UHGV virus genome: UHGV-0358463
DNA from: a virus
Strand: one strand, 5' to 3'
DNA: 35,359 nucleotides
The notes beneath the pieces were generated by a model, which saw only the letters and a list, made by a program, of their open reading frames with translations, was not told the origin of the DNA and made no database searches. Every line of letters starts with the position of its first letter. Position 1 is the first letter of the stretch. Below, piece after piece: positions 1-8,470 of this stretch. The translations under genes were made by a program, and so were the position numbers.

Positions 1-45
1 ATAAAACCGGGTGATGCAAAAGTAGCCATTTGATTCACAAGGCCA

Positions 46-74
46 TTGACGCATCGCCCGGTTAGTTTTAACCT
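46..74 (+). promoter_or_regulatory. candidate sigma70-type promoter for the tRNA-Thr gene (TTGACG at 46-51, 17-bp spacer, TAACCT at 69-74)
   Basis: Hexamers read by eye upstream of the tRNA; the -10 is weak. Not verified. Confidence 0.25.
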
Positions 75-114
75 TGTCCACCGTGATTCACGTTCGTGAA
101 CATGTCCTTTCAGG

Positions 115-190
115 GCCGATATAGCTCAGTTGGTAGAGCAGCGCATTCGTAATGCGAAGGTCGTAGGTTCGACTCCTATTATCGGCACCA
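115..190 (+). tRNA. thrW: tRNA-Thr, anticodon CGU
   Basis: 76-nt cloverleaf: acceptor stem GCCGATA/TATCGGC, D-arm TAGCTCAGTTGGTAGAGCA, anticodon stem GCGCA/TGCGA with loop TTCGTAA, T-arm GGTTCGACTCC, 3' CCA. Confidence 0.9.
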
Positions 191-204
191 TTTAAATCAA
201 TAAG

Positions 205-1368
205 TTACACATCATTAGTACCTTCCTTATTTTTTGACTGGGACAAATTTGGGACCGATGGGTTCAGGATCGAGTCTATTTGCCGTGCGTGTTCGGTAAG
301 GTGATTAGGTGCAAGGTGAGCATATCGACGAACCATTTCGATAGACTCCCAGCCTCCCATTTCCTGTAACACTGACAACGGGACTCCGGCTTGAACCAGC
401 CAACTTGCCCAGGTGTGTCTCAAGTCGTGAAATCTGAAATCATCAATACCAGCCCGTCTCAGCGCCGCTTTCCAGGCTGTGTTTGCGTCATACCGCATCT
501 TCCTTACTGTTGGCGCTTTCGTTCCGTCTGGTTTGGTACAGCTTTCCTTGTACACAAATACCCAACGGTGATGATTCCCGATTTGTTTTTTCAATACGCG
601 ACATGCAGTATCATTCAGCGCAACGCCAATTGCGCGGTTTGATTTACTCTCTTCCGGGTTTATCCATGCCACCCGGCGCTGCATATCTATTTGTTGCCAT
701 TCAAGGTTGATGATGTTCGAGCGTCTTAAGCCTGTTGCCAGTGCAAATTCAACAACAGACTTTAATGGCTCCGGACATTCATCAATCAGCCTTTGTGCTT
801 CATGGGGCTCCAGCCAGCGGATCCGTTTATTCTTTGGTTGAGGCACTTTAATAATTGGTGCCTTATCCAGCATTTTCCATTCACGCTCTGCGGCTCTTAG
901 TAGGGCCTTTATAAATGAAAGATGCGTAGCCTTCGTTGCAACGGACGCTGGTTTTGGCGTGTATTCTGGAACAGGTTTCCCTTTTTTTCTGCATGCTTCT
1001 GCCCTGAGTTTCCAGTTTTCCTCATGACGCCGGTTCGTCATTTTCTGCATTGCTGAATAAATTTTTGATTCGGTAATGTCTCTTAGTTGCATTCCTGCGA
1101 AATGTTGAAGCCAGAATCCGATCCGGCTTTTGTCATCGTCCAGTGATTTTTTATGTGCTTTCTCTTCAAGCCACCTGACACACGCTTCCTCGAACGTTAT
1201 ATCAGGTATTTCACCAAGTTTGCTGACCCGCCATGCTTCAGCCTTTAGCTTGTCATGGAGTTCTGTCGCCTGCCTTTTGTCCTTTGTTCCAAGAGACTGT
1301 TTAAATCTTTTACCGTTCGGCAATGTGAAACTGGCGTACCATATTTCACCTCTGCGGAAGAGTGACAT
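205..1368 (-). CDS. int: tyrosine-type site-specific integrase (P22-like family)
   Basis: 387 aa. N-terminus [48 protein letters not shown] and C-terminal [10 protein letters not shown]...RRYAH catalytic region typical of phage tyrosine recombinases; sits next to the tRNA. Confidence 0.95.
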   Translation of the reverse strand: MSLFRRGEIWYASFTLPNGKRFKQSLGTKDKRQATELHDKLKAEAWRVSKLGEIPDITFEEACVRWLEEKAHKKSLDDDKSRIGFWLQHFAGMQLRDITESKIYSAMQKMTNRRHEENWKLRAEACRKKGKPVPEYTPKPASVATKATHLSFIKALLRAAEREWKMLDKAPIIKVPQPKNKRIRWLEPHEAQRLIDECPEPLKSVVEFALATGLRRSNIINLEWQQIDMQRRVAWINPEESKSNRAIGVALNDTACRVLKKQIGNHHRWVFVYKESCTKPDGTKAPTVRKMRYDANTAWKAALRRAGIDDFRFHDLRHTWASWLVQAGVPLSVLQEMGGWESIEMVRRYAHLAPNHLTEHARQIDSILNPSVPNLSQSKNKEGTNDV

Positions 1369-1595
1369 TTTCTTTCCTCTGTTATGCCATCACCCGCGCT
1401 CACCTGGACAGTATGCAGCGGAGACTGAAGAGCCGCAATGCAGGCTTGTCGTGTTGTGAGGTAAGGAGATTTATTCTTAGTGGGATCTTTGCGTGTTGCC
1501 TGAAGACGCCCTGTGCGTATCCAGTTAATGGCAGTCGGTCTGGATATCTTGAGAAAATGACAGGCCTCATCGAGTGTGAGGCTGTATGGCTCCAT
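1245..1595 (-). CDS. xis: excisionase (P22 Xis-like), overlapping the integrase 5' end
   Basis: 116 aa from the ATG at 1595, preceded by GAGGTGA Shine-Dalgarno. Sequence [33 protein letters not shown] is an HTH excisionase. The longer ORF to 1679 is taken as a spurious extension. Confidence 0.75.
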   Translation of the reverse strand: MEPYSLTLDEACHFLKISRPTAINWIRTGRLQATRKDPTKNKSPYLTTRQACIAALQSPLHTVQVSAGDGITEERKCHSSAEVKYGTPVSHCRTVKDLNSLLEQRTKGRRQNSMTS

Positions 1596-1900
1596 TATTT
1601 CACCTCTTGCTGTGACATTGTTGAAAAATGGATACCAGCTCGTTGCTGCCAGACGATCCAACCGAGAGTCATATCCCATGCCATGTATTCGTTATCGCCG
1701 TTTTTTGCTCTCCGACGATCTACTAAGTCACCGAAACGCTTTTCCATGAATAATTCATAAGCTTCGCGTTCATCTGGTTCTACTTCCAGAGATAGGAGTG
1801 CGATTTCATAAGCACGGCGCTCAATATCGTCTCGCACGTCAAGGCTGCTGATACGCTCTTTAATTTCTTTAATCAGTTCTTTGTCGGTAAAAGTGGTCAT
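1595..1900 (-). CDS. hypothetical prophage protein, 101 aa (YfdT-like by size and position)
   Basis: ORF whose stop overlaps the xis start (TAATG); acidic protein; part of the conserved early-left block. Confidence 0.65.
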   Translation of the reverse strand: MTTFTDKELIKEIKERISSLDVRDDIERRAYEIALLSLEVEPDEREAYELFMEKRFGDLVDRRRAKNGDNEYMAWDMTLGWIVWQQRAGIHFSTMSQQEVK

Positions 1901-2262
1901 TATGCTCCAGCCTCCGGTGCTTTTGGCATTACTGCCCAGTGAGTGATATTGACGTTTTCAAGGTCCCCGACCTGAAATGTCCACTGCCATTCTCCGGTTT
2001 CTTTTTGTCCCCAGGTGTACCAGAGAGAACGCCAGCCAATTAGCCAGCCTTCTCCGTTAGCATCGAATAACAAAACACTTTCATTTGCTGGTGGCAGTTC
2101 AGTTGACACTGGTATTACTTTGTTTTCCTGTGCTGCACATTTAGCTTCAAGCGCATCGAATTTACGCACCAGGTATTCAGCATCTGTTTCATTTACTTTC
2201 AGATCTCGCGGTACACATCTCCCACGAAGAAACCCTTCCATTTCGAAAACATTCATGCGCAT
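1900..2262 (-). CDS. hypothetical prophage protein, 120 aa (YfdS-like by size and position)
   Basis: ORF overlapping its neighbours by a few nt (operon organisation). Confidence 0.65.
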   Translation of the reverse strand: MRMNVFEMEGFLRGRCVPRDLKVNETDAEYLVRKFDALEAKCAAQENKVIPVSTELPPANESVLLFDANGEGWLIGWRSLWYTWGQKETGEWQWTFQVGDLENVNITHWAVMPKAPEAGA

Positions 2263-2789
2263 TTGCGTAACTCCGATAACTCGTTAAAGCGTTCCATAAA
2301 CATCCCGTAGGCATGGCCCGGTGCCAGTGGAATCACGTTGAACATCTCTGTTGCCGGGATACCTTCCAGTACAGGCCAGAAAGAGCCATCATCAAGCCCG
2401 AGATCGCGGCGTTCGGTTGCCAGCATGATGAGATCGGCATATTTCACGGGCGTACTCATAACTGGGGGTAACCCGTATTTCTCACGGATTACGGCGTCTA
2501 TTTTTTCTTCCATTTGTTTATAGTCAGGAAGAAGGCGTTTCAGTGGTGCGGGAATGTCCTGGCAATACGCTTCTGTTGCATCATGCATTAACGCTTCAAA
2601 AGCAAATTCCTGCGGCACCAACTGGCTGCAAAGAACCGCATGTTGGGCGACGCTGTAGAAGTGCGAAAGATGACCGGCAAAGCGACAGATATTTGAAAGG
2701 GAAACCGCGATATCGTTAATATCGATGTCGTCTTTATTTATCCTGTCATAATAAAAATGCTTCCCGGAAAAAGTTTTAATAAATGACAT
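2253..2789 (-). CDS. HD-domain phosphohydrolase (YfdR/YfbR-like 5'-deoxynucleotidase family)
   Basis: 178 aa from the ATG at 2789 with GGAG Shine-Dalgarno; HD-family-like region ...HFYSVAQHAVL...LMHDATEAY... . Confidence 0.75.
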   Translation of the reverse strand: MSFIKTFSGKHFYYDRINKDDIDINDIAVSLSNICRFAGHLSHFYSVAQHAVLCSQLVPQEFAFEALMHDATEAYCQDIPAPLKRLLPDYKQMEEKIDAVIREKYGLPPVMSTPVKYADLIMLATERRDLGLDDGSFWPVLEGIPATEMFNVIPLAPGHAYGMFMERFNELSELRKCA

Positions 2790-2916
2790 TTTGTTCTCCA
2801 CGTATATGCGCTGCACCGCGCTGAATTCTGGTAAAAAGAATCCCTCACCATCCGGCGATTATTGAGTAAATTACGTTTCCATAAATGCCCCCGCAGGGGC
2901 ATTTGCAGTAATGAAA

Positions 2917-3741
2917 TCAGGCGGTGAAAGTACCAATAAAGGTTTCTACTTTGCTGTCCTTGAATTTCTCAACAAGCAGATCACGAAATTCGTTAGCCAT
3001 TTCTTCCTGCACCGCCTCCAGCTGAATAATGCGCAGAACCAGTACAGGACGATCGCCAGTGATAATACTGAGGCGTAATTTAAACGGACGTTCTTTCAGA
3101 CCTTCAAACGGAACGCATTTAAATTCAAATGCCACTGGCATAATGTCTTTGGTCTTCGCTTCGACAGACTCCATCAGGGAGCGTTTGCCGCTGAAGTCAT
3201 TATCTTCAAAATCAGCGGTCTGGTTTGCTTCAATCGTGATTTTACGGACAGCCGCAGCCGCTTTTGTTGCCTGAATAGCGTCACCATTAGCATCAAAGCC
3301 CACAAGATAGTCGGCCCAGTCTTCAATCCATTCTGCCAGTGACTTCTGGGAGTTACGCTCGCCGTTAACAGACAACAGAGCAGAGAACGGTGCTGTCTTT
3401 TTCAGTTTGAGTGTGGCGGTGTTATCTGCGTGACCTGGTTCATCAATAGTACCCAGGTTAAGCACACTGACGGCACGCATATTATCAGCATCGATAAAGC
3501 AGCGGGTGCCTTCATCTGCAAGATCTTTAGAATAACGGGTAAAGTCATCGATGCTGGCAGCGGAAAGCGCACCACGGAAACGGAAGCGATTTAAATTAAA
3601 TTTTTCCAGATCATGAATGCGGAAATTCTCAGGCAATGCCACAGCATCGGCACCAATCTTACTGATAATTTCATTAACACCCTGAGCAGAAATAAGGGCA
3701 TGGATTTGATTAATTGCGGTTGCGTCTAAGTTCTGAGACAT
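2917..3741 (-). CDS. DUF2303-family prophage protein (YfdQ-like)
   Basis: 274 aa starting [21 protein letters not shown]; recognised from memory as the YfdQ family of cryptic prophage CPS-53. Confidence 0.75.
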   Translation of the reverse strand: MSQNLDATAINQIHALISAQGVNEIISKIGADAVALPENFRIHDLEKFNLNRFRFRGALSAASIDDFTRYSKDLADEGTRCFIDADNMRAVSVLNLGTIDEPGHADNTATLKLKKTAPFSALLSVNGERNSQKSLAEWIEDWADYLVGFDANGDAIQATKAAAAVRKITIEANQTADFEDNDFSGKRSLMESVEAKTKDIMPVAFEFKCVPFEGLKERPFKLRLSIITGDRPVLVLRIIQLEAVQEEMANEFRDLLVEKFKDSKVETFIGTFTA

Positions 3742-3806
3742 AATAAGTCCTCACTATATAAAGATATTCAGTGATGAGATAAATAATCAGTTAATTAAAA
3801 ACGATA

Positions 3807-4169
3807 TTAACGACCTGCTGCGCGGAGTTTTCCGTCAGGTTCACCGGCAAGAGTCAGTAACTGTCCCTGGTCTTCCTGCAGAATAGTCAGGCGACCACCG
3901 CGATTGACATACATCGGCGTTTCGGTGGTGTCTTCTTCGGAAATTTTCCCGCGGTTAGTCGGGCGAACATATGAGAGTTTGTGTTTGATTTTCACACGGT
4001 TCTCATCAAATGGTTCGATTTCCAGGTTGAGTGAGACCTTACCTTTGGTTTTCGTGTTCATCACACCGGAAGCGACTTCACTGAGAACTGCGCCGATTTT
4101 GGTTTCAAATACGCCGCCGTCCAGCTCCCCGATAAATGCCTGCACATCAGTACTGCGTTCGCTAGCCAT
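3807..4169 (-). CDS. hypothetical prophage protein, 120 aa (YfdP-like)
   Basis: Start placed at the ATG at 4169 (MASERSTDVQ...), 7 nt after GAGGAG. The 226-aa extension to 4487 is Arg/Cys/Trp-rich and looks like translated non-coding sequence. Confidence 0.6.
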   Translation of the reverse strand: MASERSTDVQAFIGELDGGVFETKIGAVLSEVASGVMNTKTKGKVSLNLEIEPFDENRVKIKHKLSYVRPTNRGKISEEDTTETPMYVNRGGRLTILQEDQGQLLTLAGEPDGKLRAAGR

Positions 4170-4570
4170 TTTGCTGCTCCTCATCATATCGACCCTGCAA
4201 GGCCGATTAGTTTCTCCACAAAACAGAGAAGAACACCTGCGGTGGCAGCCGCCCGGATGGATTGGGTTATGAGCCCGTCGTCCGGTGATGCTCTTCTCTG
4301 TTTTGTAAAAAGGACGGTACCAGCCGGAAGCAAGGGTACAAACTGGTACCTCCAGGACTACACACAGCATAAAGTTGTGGTGCCGGGTGCCTCCCGGTGC
4401 CTGGCGAAGGTTGCACACCAGACGGGTGGGTATCCACAGAAGGTCGACTGTCAGCCTCAACCTTAACCCGCGTGCGCTGAGCCGCATTCACCACAACGCT
4501 AAGGATTCTCTCTGGTTAAAAATACTTAGCTGTTATGTGCCTGCTTTTAGCCACATCAGGCGAGGTGGAC

Positions 4571-4623
4571 CTGGTTATTCCCCAACAACAAGGATTCGGT
4601 TAATCTGGTTATCCCCAACAACG
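4571..4623 (+). repeat. two near-identical ~19-bp direct repeats (CTGGTTATTCCCCAACAACA / CTGGTTATCCCCAACAACG) just upstream of the RBS of the 4638 gene
   Basis: Read directly: copies at 4571-4590 and 4605-4623. Confidence 0.6.
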
Positions 4624-4637
4624 CAAAAGGAAAAGAA

Positions 4638-5072
4638 ATGTCCGGTAATATCTATACGCTGTACAAATCCCACTGTGAAAATGTTGGAAAGTATCGGGGC
4701 ATTGAAATCAGTGGGGTAGTGTCATCAGTCGAAATAAGCAAAGTTGAATCAAGGGCAACATTACTTACTCTTTTGGACCTTGTCTTACATGAGCACCGGA
4801 AGAAATTCGGCACTCCCTATAATCAGTTGAATGGGAAAAAGGCTCTGGTTCACCTTATTCTGATGAAGCATCACTGGATGCCAAAACAGATTAATGAGAT
4901 GAAATTTGATGAACTTCTTCTTTCAATTCAGGATGAACTCACACTTGATAAAATAAGCGTAACCGCCCAGAAATTTTTAGATTATCGAGACTGGAGATCA
5001 CAAATTCATCACTTTGATGATTTTGACGAAAATGAATGGGATCCTAATTTGTCTGCACAATATCTAAAGTAA
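4638..5072 (+). CDS. hypothetical protein, 144 aa
   Basis: ORF with AAGGA Shine-Dalgarno; transcribed against the surrounding leftward early genes; no family recognised. Confidence 0.55.
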   Translation: MSGNIYTLYKSHCENVGKYRGIEISGVVSSVEISKVESRATLLTLLDLVLHEHRKKFGTPYNQLNGKKALVHLILMKHHWMPKQINEMKFDELLLSIQDELTLDKISVTAQKFLDYRDWRSQIHHFDDFDENEWDPNLSAQYLK

Positions 5073-5250
5073 CATCCTGTGATAAAACCGTGATTTCCTG
5101 ATCCAGTTTTTTTAAGGAGTCTATTGTTTCCTGTCGATAAGACAGCACTTCACGAAGCTGGTTTATAGCTGCCAGCTTCTTTGTCATCCACTCATAAATT
5201 TCCTCATCTGTGTAGCCAGGCGCGACGATTTTGGGTTCTGTTTTGTGCAT
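5044..5250 (-). CDS. hypothetical small protein, 68 aa
   Basis: ATG at 5250 preceded by GAGGAG (7-nt spacing); 3' end overlaps the 4638-5072 gene by 29 nt on the opposite strand. Confidence 0.5.
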   Translation of the reverse strand: MHKTEPKIVAPGYTDEEIYEWMTKKLAAINQLREVLSYRQETIDSLKKLDQEITVLSQDVTLDIVQTN

Positions 5251-5309
5251 TTCACATCTCCTCAAGTTATCAGTTACTTGTTGATGGGGACCAGATTGTT
5301 AAAGAGCTA

Positions 5310-5332
5310 AGCGTCCTGTAGGGCGCTTTTTT
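5310..5332 (+). terminator. candidate intrinsic terminator (7-bp stem with one G-U pair, then TTTTTTGTT)
   Basis: AGCGTCC-tgta-GGGCGCT followed by a T-run. Confidence 0.4.
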
Positions 5333-5498
5333 GTTGCTAACGAATCATCCTGGACTTCATATGCCCCAGGCGGCTACTTCGTGGGCGTCCTGCCTGTTCG
5401 TTTTTGACATTTACTGACTGCTTACGACACATGCACCGTGTTGCAACCAGATTTTGTTGTAATCCTGTAGTTGGTCTGGAACAAAAGATAAAATTAAA

Positions 5499-5535
5499 TT
5501 GCGAGATATGCAAGTGATGTTTGCGAAATATGCAA
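5499..5535. promoter_or_regulatory. left operator/promoter region: two 15-bp sites TTGCGAGATATGCAA (5499-5513) and TTGCGAAATATGCAA (5521-5535); candidate leftward -35 TTGCAT (5507-5512) and -10 TATCTT (5485-5490)
   Basis: Same TTGCG-N6-GCAA motif as right of the repressor gene; the -35 hexamer lies inside a site. Confidence 0.45.
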
Positions 5536-5544
5536 ATTTATAGG

Positions 5545-5569
5545 TAATAAAAAGCCACCTTTCGGTGGC
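5545..5569 (-). terminator. intrinsic terminator downstream of the repressor gene
   Basis: On the minus strand GCCACC-GAAA-GGTGGC followed by TTTTTATT. Confidence 0.55.
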
Positions 5570-5589
5570 CGATGGATGGGATATTGAGG

Positions 5590-6282
5590 TTAATTATGTC
5601 TCTTAAGGGTTTGCGACTGACTGATTAAGACCTTTCCAAAGACCATGAATCGGTGTTCGTTTTCGCTAGTAATTCCCCATTCACGGTAAATCTGGTTATC
5701 AGAAATCACCAGCAGTTTGTCAGGAATCATTTGAAGTCTTTTAACGTATATTTTGTCATCAAAACCAAAGACATATATACCATCACCATCAAACTGATTG
5801 ATGCTGACATCAACGAAGATGAGATCTCCTGGCTCAATGGTTGGACACATACTGTCCCCACGAACGTTGATAACTTTGATGTGATTGGCTGGTCGTCCGC
5901 CGAACATTGATACAGCATTATCAGTTCTGTATTCGATGGCATGAATCACATCAATGACATCACCGCCCTGGATAAGGCCATTTCCCGCACTGGCACTGAT
6001 ATCCAGCATTTCAATACGGAACACATCCTTCACCTGCGCAACATCCTCATTATTACTGTTTTTATATACAGTATTACTTTTGTGGGCAGAGGTAAAGAGA
6101 TCAGCAATATCAACACCTAAGCTCTTGGCAATATTACTCAGTGTTTGTTCGGTAAATTGTTTTTGCTTACCCGTTTCTAAGCGCGAGATGTTCGCCGCAT
6201 CTACTCCTATTGCTTCAGCGAGATCGGCGATTTTCATGTTCTTCGCTTGGCGAAGTTGTCTGACTCGGTTTCCTATGTTCAT
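5590..6282 (-). CDS. cI-type prophage repressor (N-terminal XRE HTH, C-terminal S24 LexA-like peptidase)
   Basis: 230 aa; HTH region IADLAEAIGVDAANISRLETGK; S24 signature ...VRGDSMCPTIEPGDLIFVD...YVKRL... . Confidence 0.9.
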   Translation of the reverse strand: MNIGNRVRQLRQAKNMKIADLAEAIGVDAANISRLETGKQKQFTEQTLSNIAKSLGVDIADLFTSAHKSNTVYKNSNNEDVAQVKDVFRIEMLDISASAGNGLIQGGDVIDVIHAIEYRTDNAVSMFGGRPANHIKVINVRGDSMCPTIEPGDLIFVDVSINQFDGDGIYVFGFDDKIYVKRLQMIPDKLLVISDNQIYREWGITSENEHRFMVFGKVLISQSQTLKRHN

Positions 6283-6302
6283 GCGTTTATTACATTTCTT
6301 TA

Positions 6303-6365
6303 TTGCGTGATAAGCAAATCAACTTGCGCAAAATAATTGCGTGAAATAACATGCATAACGCGCAA
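6303..6365. promoter_or_regulatory. right operator/divergent promoter region between repressor and cro-like genes: TTGCGTGATAAGCAA (6303-6317), palindrome TTGCGCAA (6324-6331), ATGCATAACGCGCAA (6351-6365)
   Basis: Repeated TTGCG/CGCAA half-sites in the 97-bp intergenic region. Confidence 0.5.
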
Positions 6366-6379
6366 TATTTGGAGGGCAT

Positions 6380-6640
6380 ATGCAATCACCATTACGAAAT
6401 GTGCGTAAGGCGCATGGTTTCACTTTGCAGCATGTTGCTGCGGGTGTTCAAGTCAATCCAGCGACGTTGAGTCGTATTGAGAGGCTGGAGCAGATTCCAT
6501 CTATCGAGCTTGCAGAACGTTTAGCCAATTTTTTTAAGGGTGAAGTCAGCGAAATGCAGATTCTTTATCCGGCACGTTTTCAATCTAGCCAAAACCAGAA
6601 TGGGTTTAAACCACAGGAACAGGAGGTGAACCGTGGGTAA
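6380..6640 (+). CDS. Cro-like HTH regulator (XRE family)
   Basis: 86 aa; HTH GFTLQHVAAGVQVNPATLSRIERLEQIPSIELAERLANFF; divergent from the repressor; GGAGGG Shine-Dalgarno. Confidence 0.8.
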   Translation: MQSPLRNVRKAHGFTLQHVAAGVQVNPATLSRIERLEQIPSIELAERLANFFKGEVSEMQILYPARFQSSQNQNGFKPQEQEVNRG

Positions 6641-7184
6641 GCATCACTGGAAAGTAGAAAAACAGCCTGAGTGGTACGTGAAAGCTGTCAGAAAAACTAT
6701 CGCAGCGTTGCCGGGGGGGTACGCTGAAGCTGCTGACTGGCTGGATGTAACAGAGAACGCATTATTTAACCGCCTTCGTGCCGATGGCGATCAGATTTTC
6801 CCGCTGGGATGGGCAATGATTTTGCAACGTGCTGGTGGAACTCACTTCATTGCTGACGCTGTGGCGCAGTCTGCAAATGGCGTCTTTGTGTCTCTTCCTG
6901 ACGTCGAGGATGTGGACAACGCCGATATTAACCAGCGCCTGCTGGAAGTCATTGAACAGATCGGCAGTTATTCAAAACAGATTCGTTCAGCAATTGAAGA
7001 CGGTGTAGTGGAACCGCATGAGAAGACAGCAATTAACGACGAGCTGTACCTCTCAATTTCGAAGCTGCAGGAGCATGCAGCACTGGTCTACAAAATTTTT
7101 TGCATTTCAGAAAGTAATGACGCCCGCGAGTGTGCAGCTCCGGGCGCCGTGGCGTGTCGTGACTGTGGAGAAACTAACGCATGA
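6633..7184 (+). CDS. CII/YdaT-like regulatory protein
   Basis: 183 aa; GTG start 6 nt after AGGAGG, overlapping the cro-like stop; third gene of an immunity module; C-terminal CxxC. Family is a tentative assignment from memory. Confidence 0.55.
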   Translation: MGKHHWKVEKQPEWYVKAVRKTIAALPGGYAEAADWLDVTENALFNRLRADGDQIFPLGWAMILQRAGGTHFIADAVAQSANGVFVSLPDVEDVDNADINQRLLEVIEQIGSYSKQIRSAIEDGVVEPHEKTAINDELYLSISKLQEHAALVYKIFCISESNDARECAAPGAVACRDCGETNA

Positions 7185-7519
7185 ACAGTTTAACAACACA
7201 CTACCGTCGCTCGCAACTGATTGCGCTTCCTGTACCGGGTGGAAAAGCGAAGGTGGAGTATTGCTATGCAGTAAATGTACCAGGTGACAGGGAAATTGTA
7301 ACCCACAGCTTTGCAGAGTGGGCTGTGGGTGATTTCAACCGGCAGAAGGAGACAGTCCTTTGCGACAAGTTAACCGCTGGTTCAAAGATCACTACGGAGT
7401 GCCCGTCAGAGTCATTCGTTGGGAGCCGGAAACACAACGGGTTATCTACCTCCGCGAAGGCTATGAGCATGAGTGCTTCAGCCCGCTCGAACAGTTTCGT
7501 CGTAAATTCAGGGAAATAG
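7181..7519 (+). CDS. hypothetical protein, 112 aa
   Basis: ATGA start/stop overlap with the preceding gene; composition only partly protein-like. Confidence 0.35.
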   Translation: MNSLTTHYRRSQLIALPVPGGKAKVEYCYAVNVPGDREIVTHSFAEWAVGDFNRQKETVLCDKLTAGSKITTECPSESFVGSRKHNGLSTSAKAMSMSASARSNSFVVNSGK

Positions 7520-7528
7520 AGGTCGGTC

Positions 7529-8470
7529 ATGAGCACTAAATTAACCGGCTATGTATGGGATGGTTGCGCTGCATCAGGCATGAAATTATCCAGCGTGGCA
7601 ATTATGGCCCGCCTGGCTGATTTCAGTAATGACGAAGGTGTGTGCTGGCCATCAATTGAAACCATTGCCCGCCAGATTGGCGCGGGGATGAGTACCGTCA
7701 GAACGGCTATCGCACGGCTGGAAGCAGAAGGCTGGTTAACGCGTAAGGCGCGTCGCCAGGGTAACCGCAATGCGTCGAATGTTTATCAGCTTAACGTTGC
7801 GAAGCTTCAGGCAGCGGCATTTTCTCAACTGTCAGATTCTGACCCGTCAAAATCTGACGCATCAAAATCTGACCCGTCAAAATTTGATGCGTCGAAATCT
7901 GGCAAAAAAGCGGGTTTTCACCCGTCAGAATCTGGCGGGGATCCGTCAGTAAAATCAAAACATGATCCGTCAGATAAAAAAACTTCGTGTCCGGACGCTT
8001 CGCAACCGGACACGAAGAAGGCTGAACAGGATTTTTTAACTCGCCATCCTGATGCGGTTGTATTCAGCCCTAAAAAGCGCCAGTGGGGAACGCAGGATGA
8101 TTTGACCTGCGCACAGTGGCTCTGGAAAAAAATCATCGCTCTGTACGAGCAGGCCGCCGAATGTGACGGCGAGGTGGTTCGTCCCAAAGAACCGAACTGG
8201 ACAGCCTGGGCAAACGAAATACGCCTGATGTGTGTGCAGGATGGTCGTACTCACAAACAAATCTGCGAGATGTACAGCCGCGTCAGCCGCGATCCGTTCT
8301 GGTGCCGTAACGTGCTCAGCCCGTCGAAGTTGCGGGAAAAATGGGATGAGCTTTCCCTGCGCTTATCACCGTCTGTCAGCACGTACACCGAAAAACGCGA
8401 AGACCCGTACTTCAAATCCAGTTACGACAACGTGGACTACAGCCAGATCCCGGCAGGATTCAGGGGGTGA
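7529..8470 (+). CDS. replication initiator (lambda O-like) with iterons inside the coding sequence
   Basis: 313 aa; N-terminal winged-helix-like region; central repetitive DPSKSD/ASKSD tract encoded by the iterons. Confidence 0.8.
   Translation: MSTKLTGYVWDGCAASGMKLSSVAIMARLADFSNDEGVCWPSIETIARQIGAGMSTVRTAIARLEAEGWLTRKARRQGNRNASNVYQLNVAKLQAAAFSQLSDSDPSKSDASKSDPSKFDASKSGKKAGFHPSESGGDPSVKSKHDPSDKKTSCPDASQPDTKKAEQDFLTRHPDAVVFSPKKRQWGTQDDLTCAQWLWKKIIALYEQAAECDGEVVRPKEPNWTAWANEIRLMCVQDGRTHKQICEMYSRVSRDPFWCRNVLSPSKLREKWDELSLRLSPSVSTYTEKREDPYFKSSYDNVDYSQIPAGFRG
7830..7980. repeat. replication origin iteron array (at least 6 copies of ~15 bp CCGTCAAAATCTGAC-like units) followed by an A-rich tract
   Basis: Units at 7844, 7859, 7874, 7889, 7922 and 7965, then AAAAAAA at 7975-7981. 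Confidence 0.6.

Noticed and set aside
1245-1679. 144-aa version of the excisionase ORF
   Set aside because: The internal ATG at 1595 has a strong GAGGTGA Shine-Dalgarno and gives the 116-aa size typical of this excisionase family; the upstream extension overlaps the next gene.
3807-4487. 226-aa ORF as the full extent of the YfdP-like gene
   Set aside because: The N-terminal 106 residues are Arg/Cys/Trp/His-rich with no start context, whereas the internal ATG at 4169 has a GAGGAG Shine-Dalgarno and gives a 120-aa product; the extension is read as translated non-coding DNA.
4170-4637. Retron or other reverse-transcriptase-linked non-coding RNA
   Set aside because: No reverse transcriptase gene anywhere in the window; the structured-RNA idea is kept only as an untested possibility.
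4242-4719. Three overlapping ORFs (4242-4466 plus, 4267-4494 minus, 4375-4719 plus) in the GC-rich region
   Set aside because: They mutually overlap on both strands, have no RBS and a low-complexity Arg/Pro/Gly-rich composition expected from random frames in GC-rich sequence.
7830-7980. CRISPR array
   Set aside because: Repeats are short (~15 bp), imperfect, lack unique spacers of regular length and lie inside a protein-coding gene; they are replication iterons.
7770-8260. ORFs at 7770-7952 (plus), 7918-8187 (minus) and 8036-8260 (minus) inside the O-like gene
   Set aside because: Shadow ORFs generated by the iteron repeats and the coding strand of a well-supported gene.
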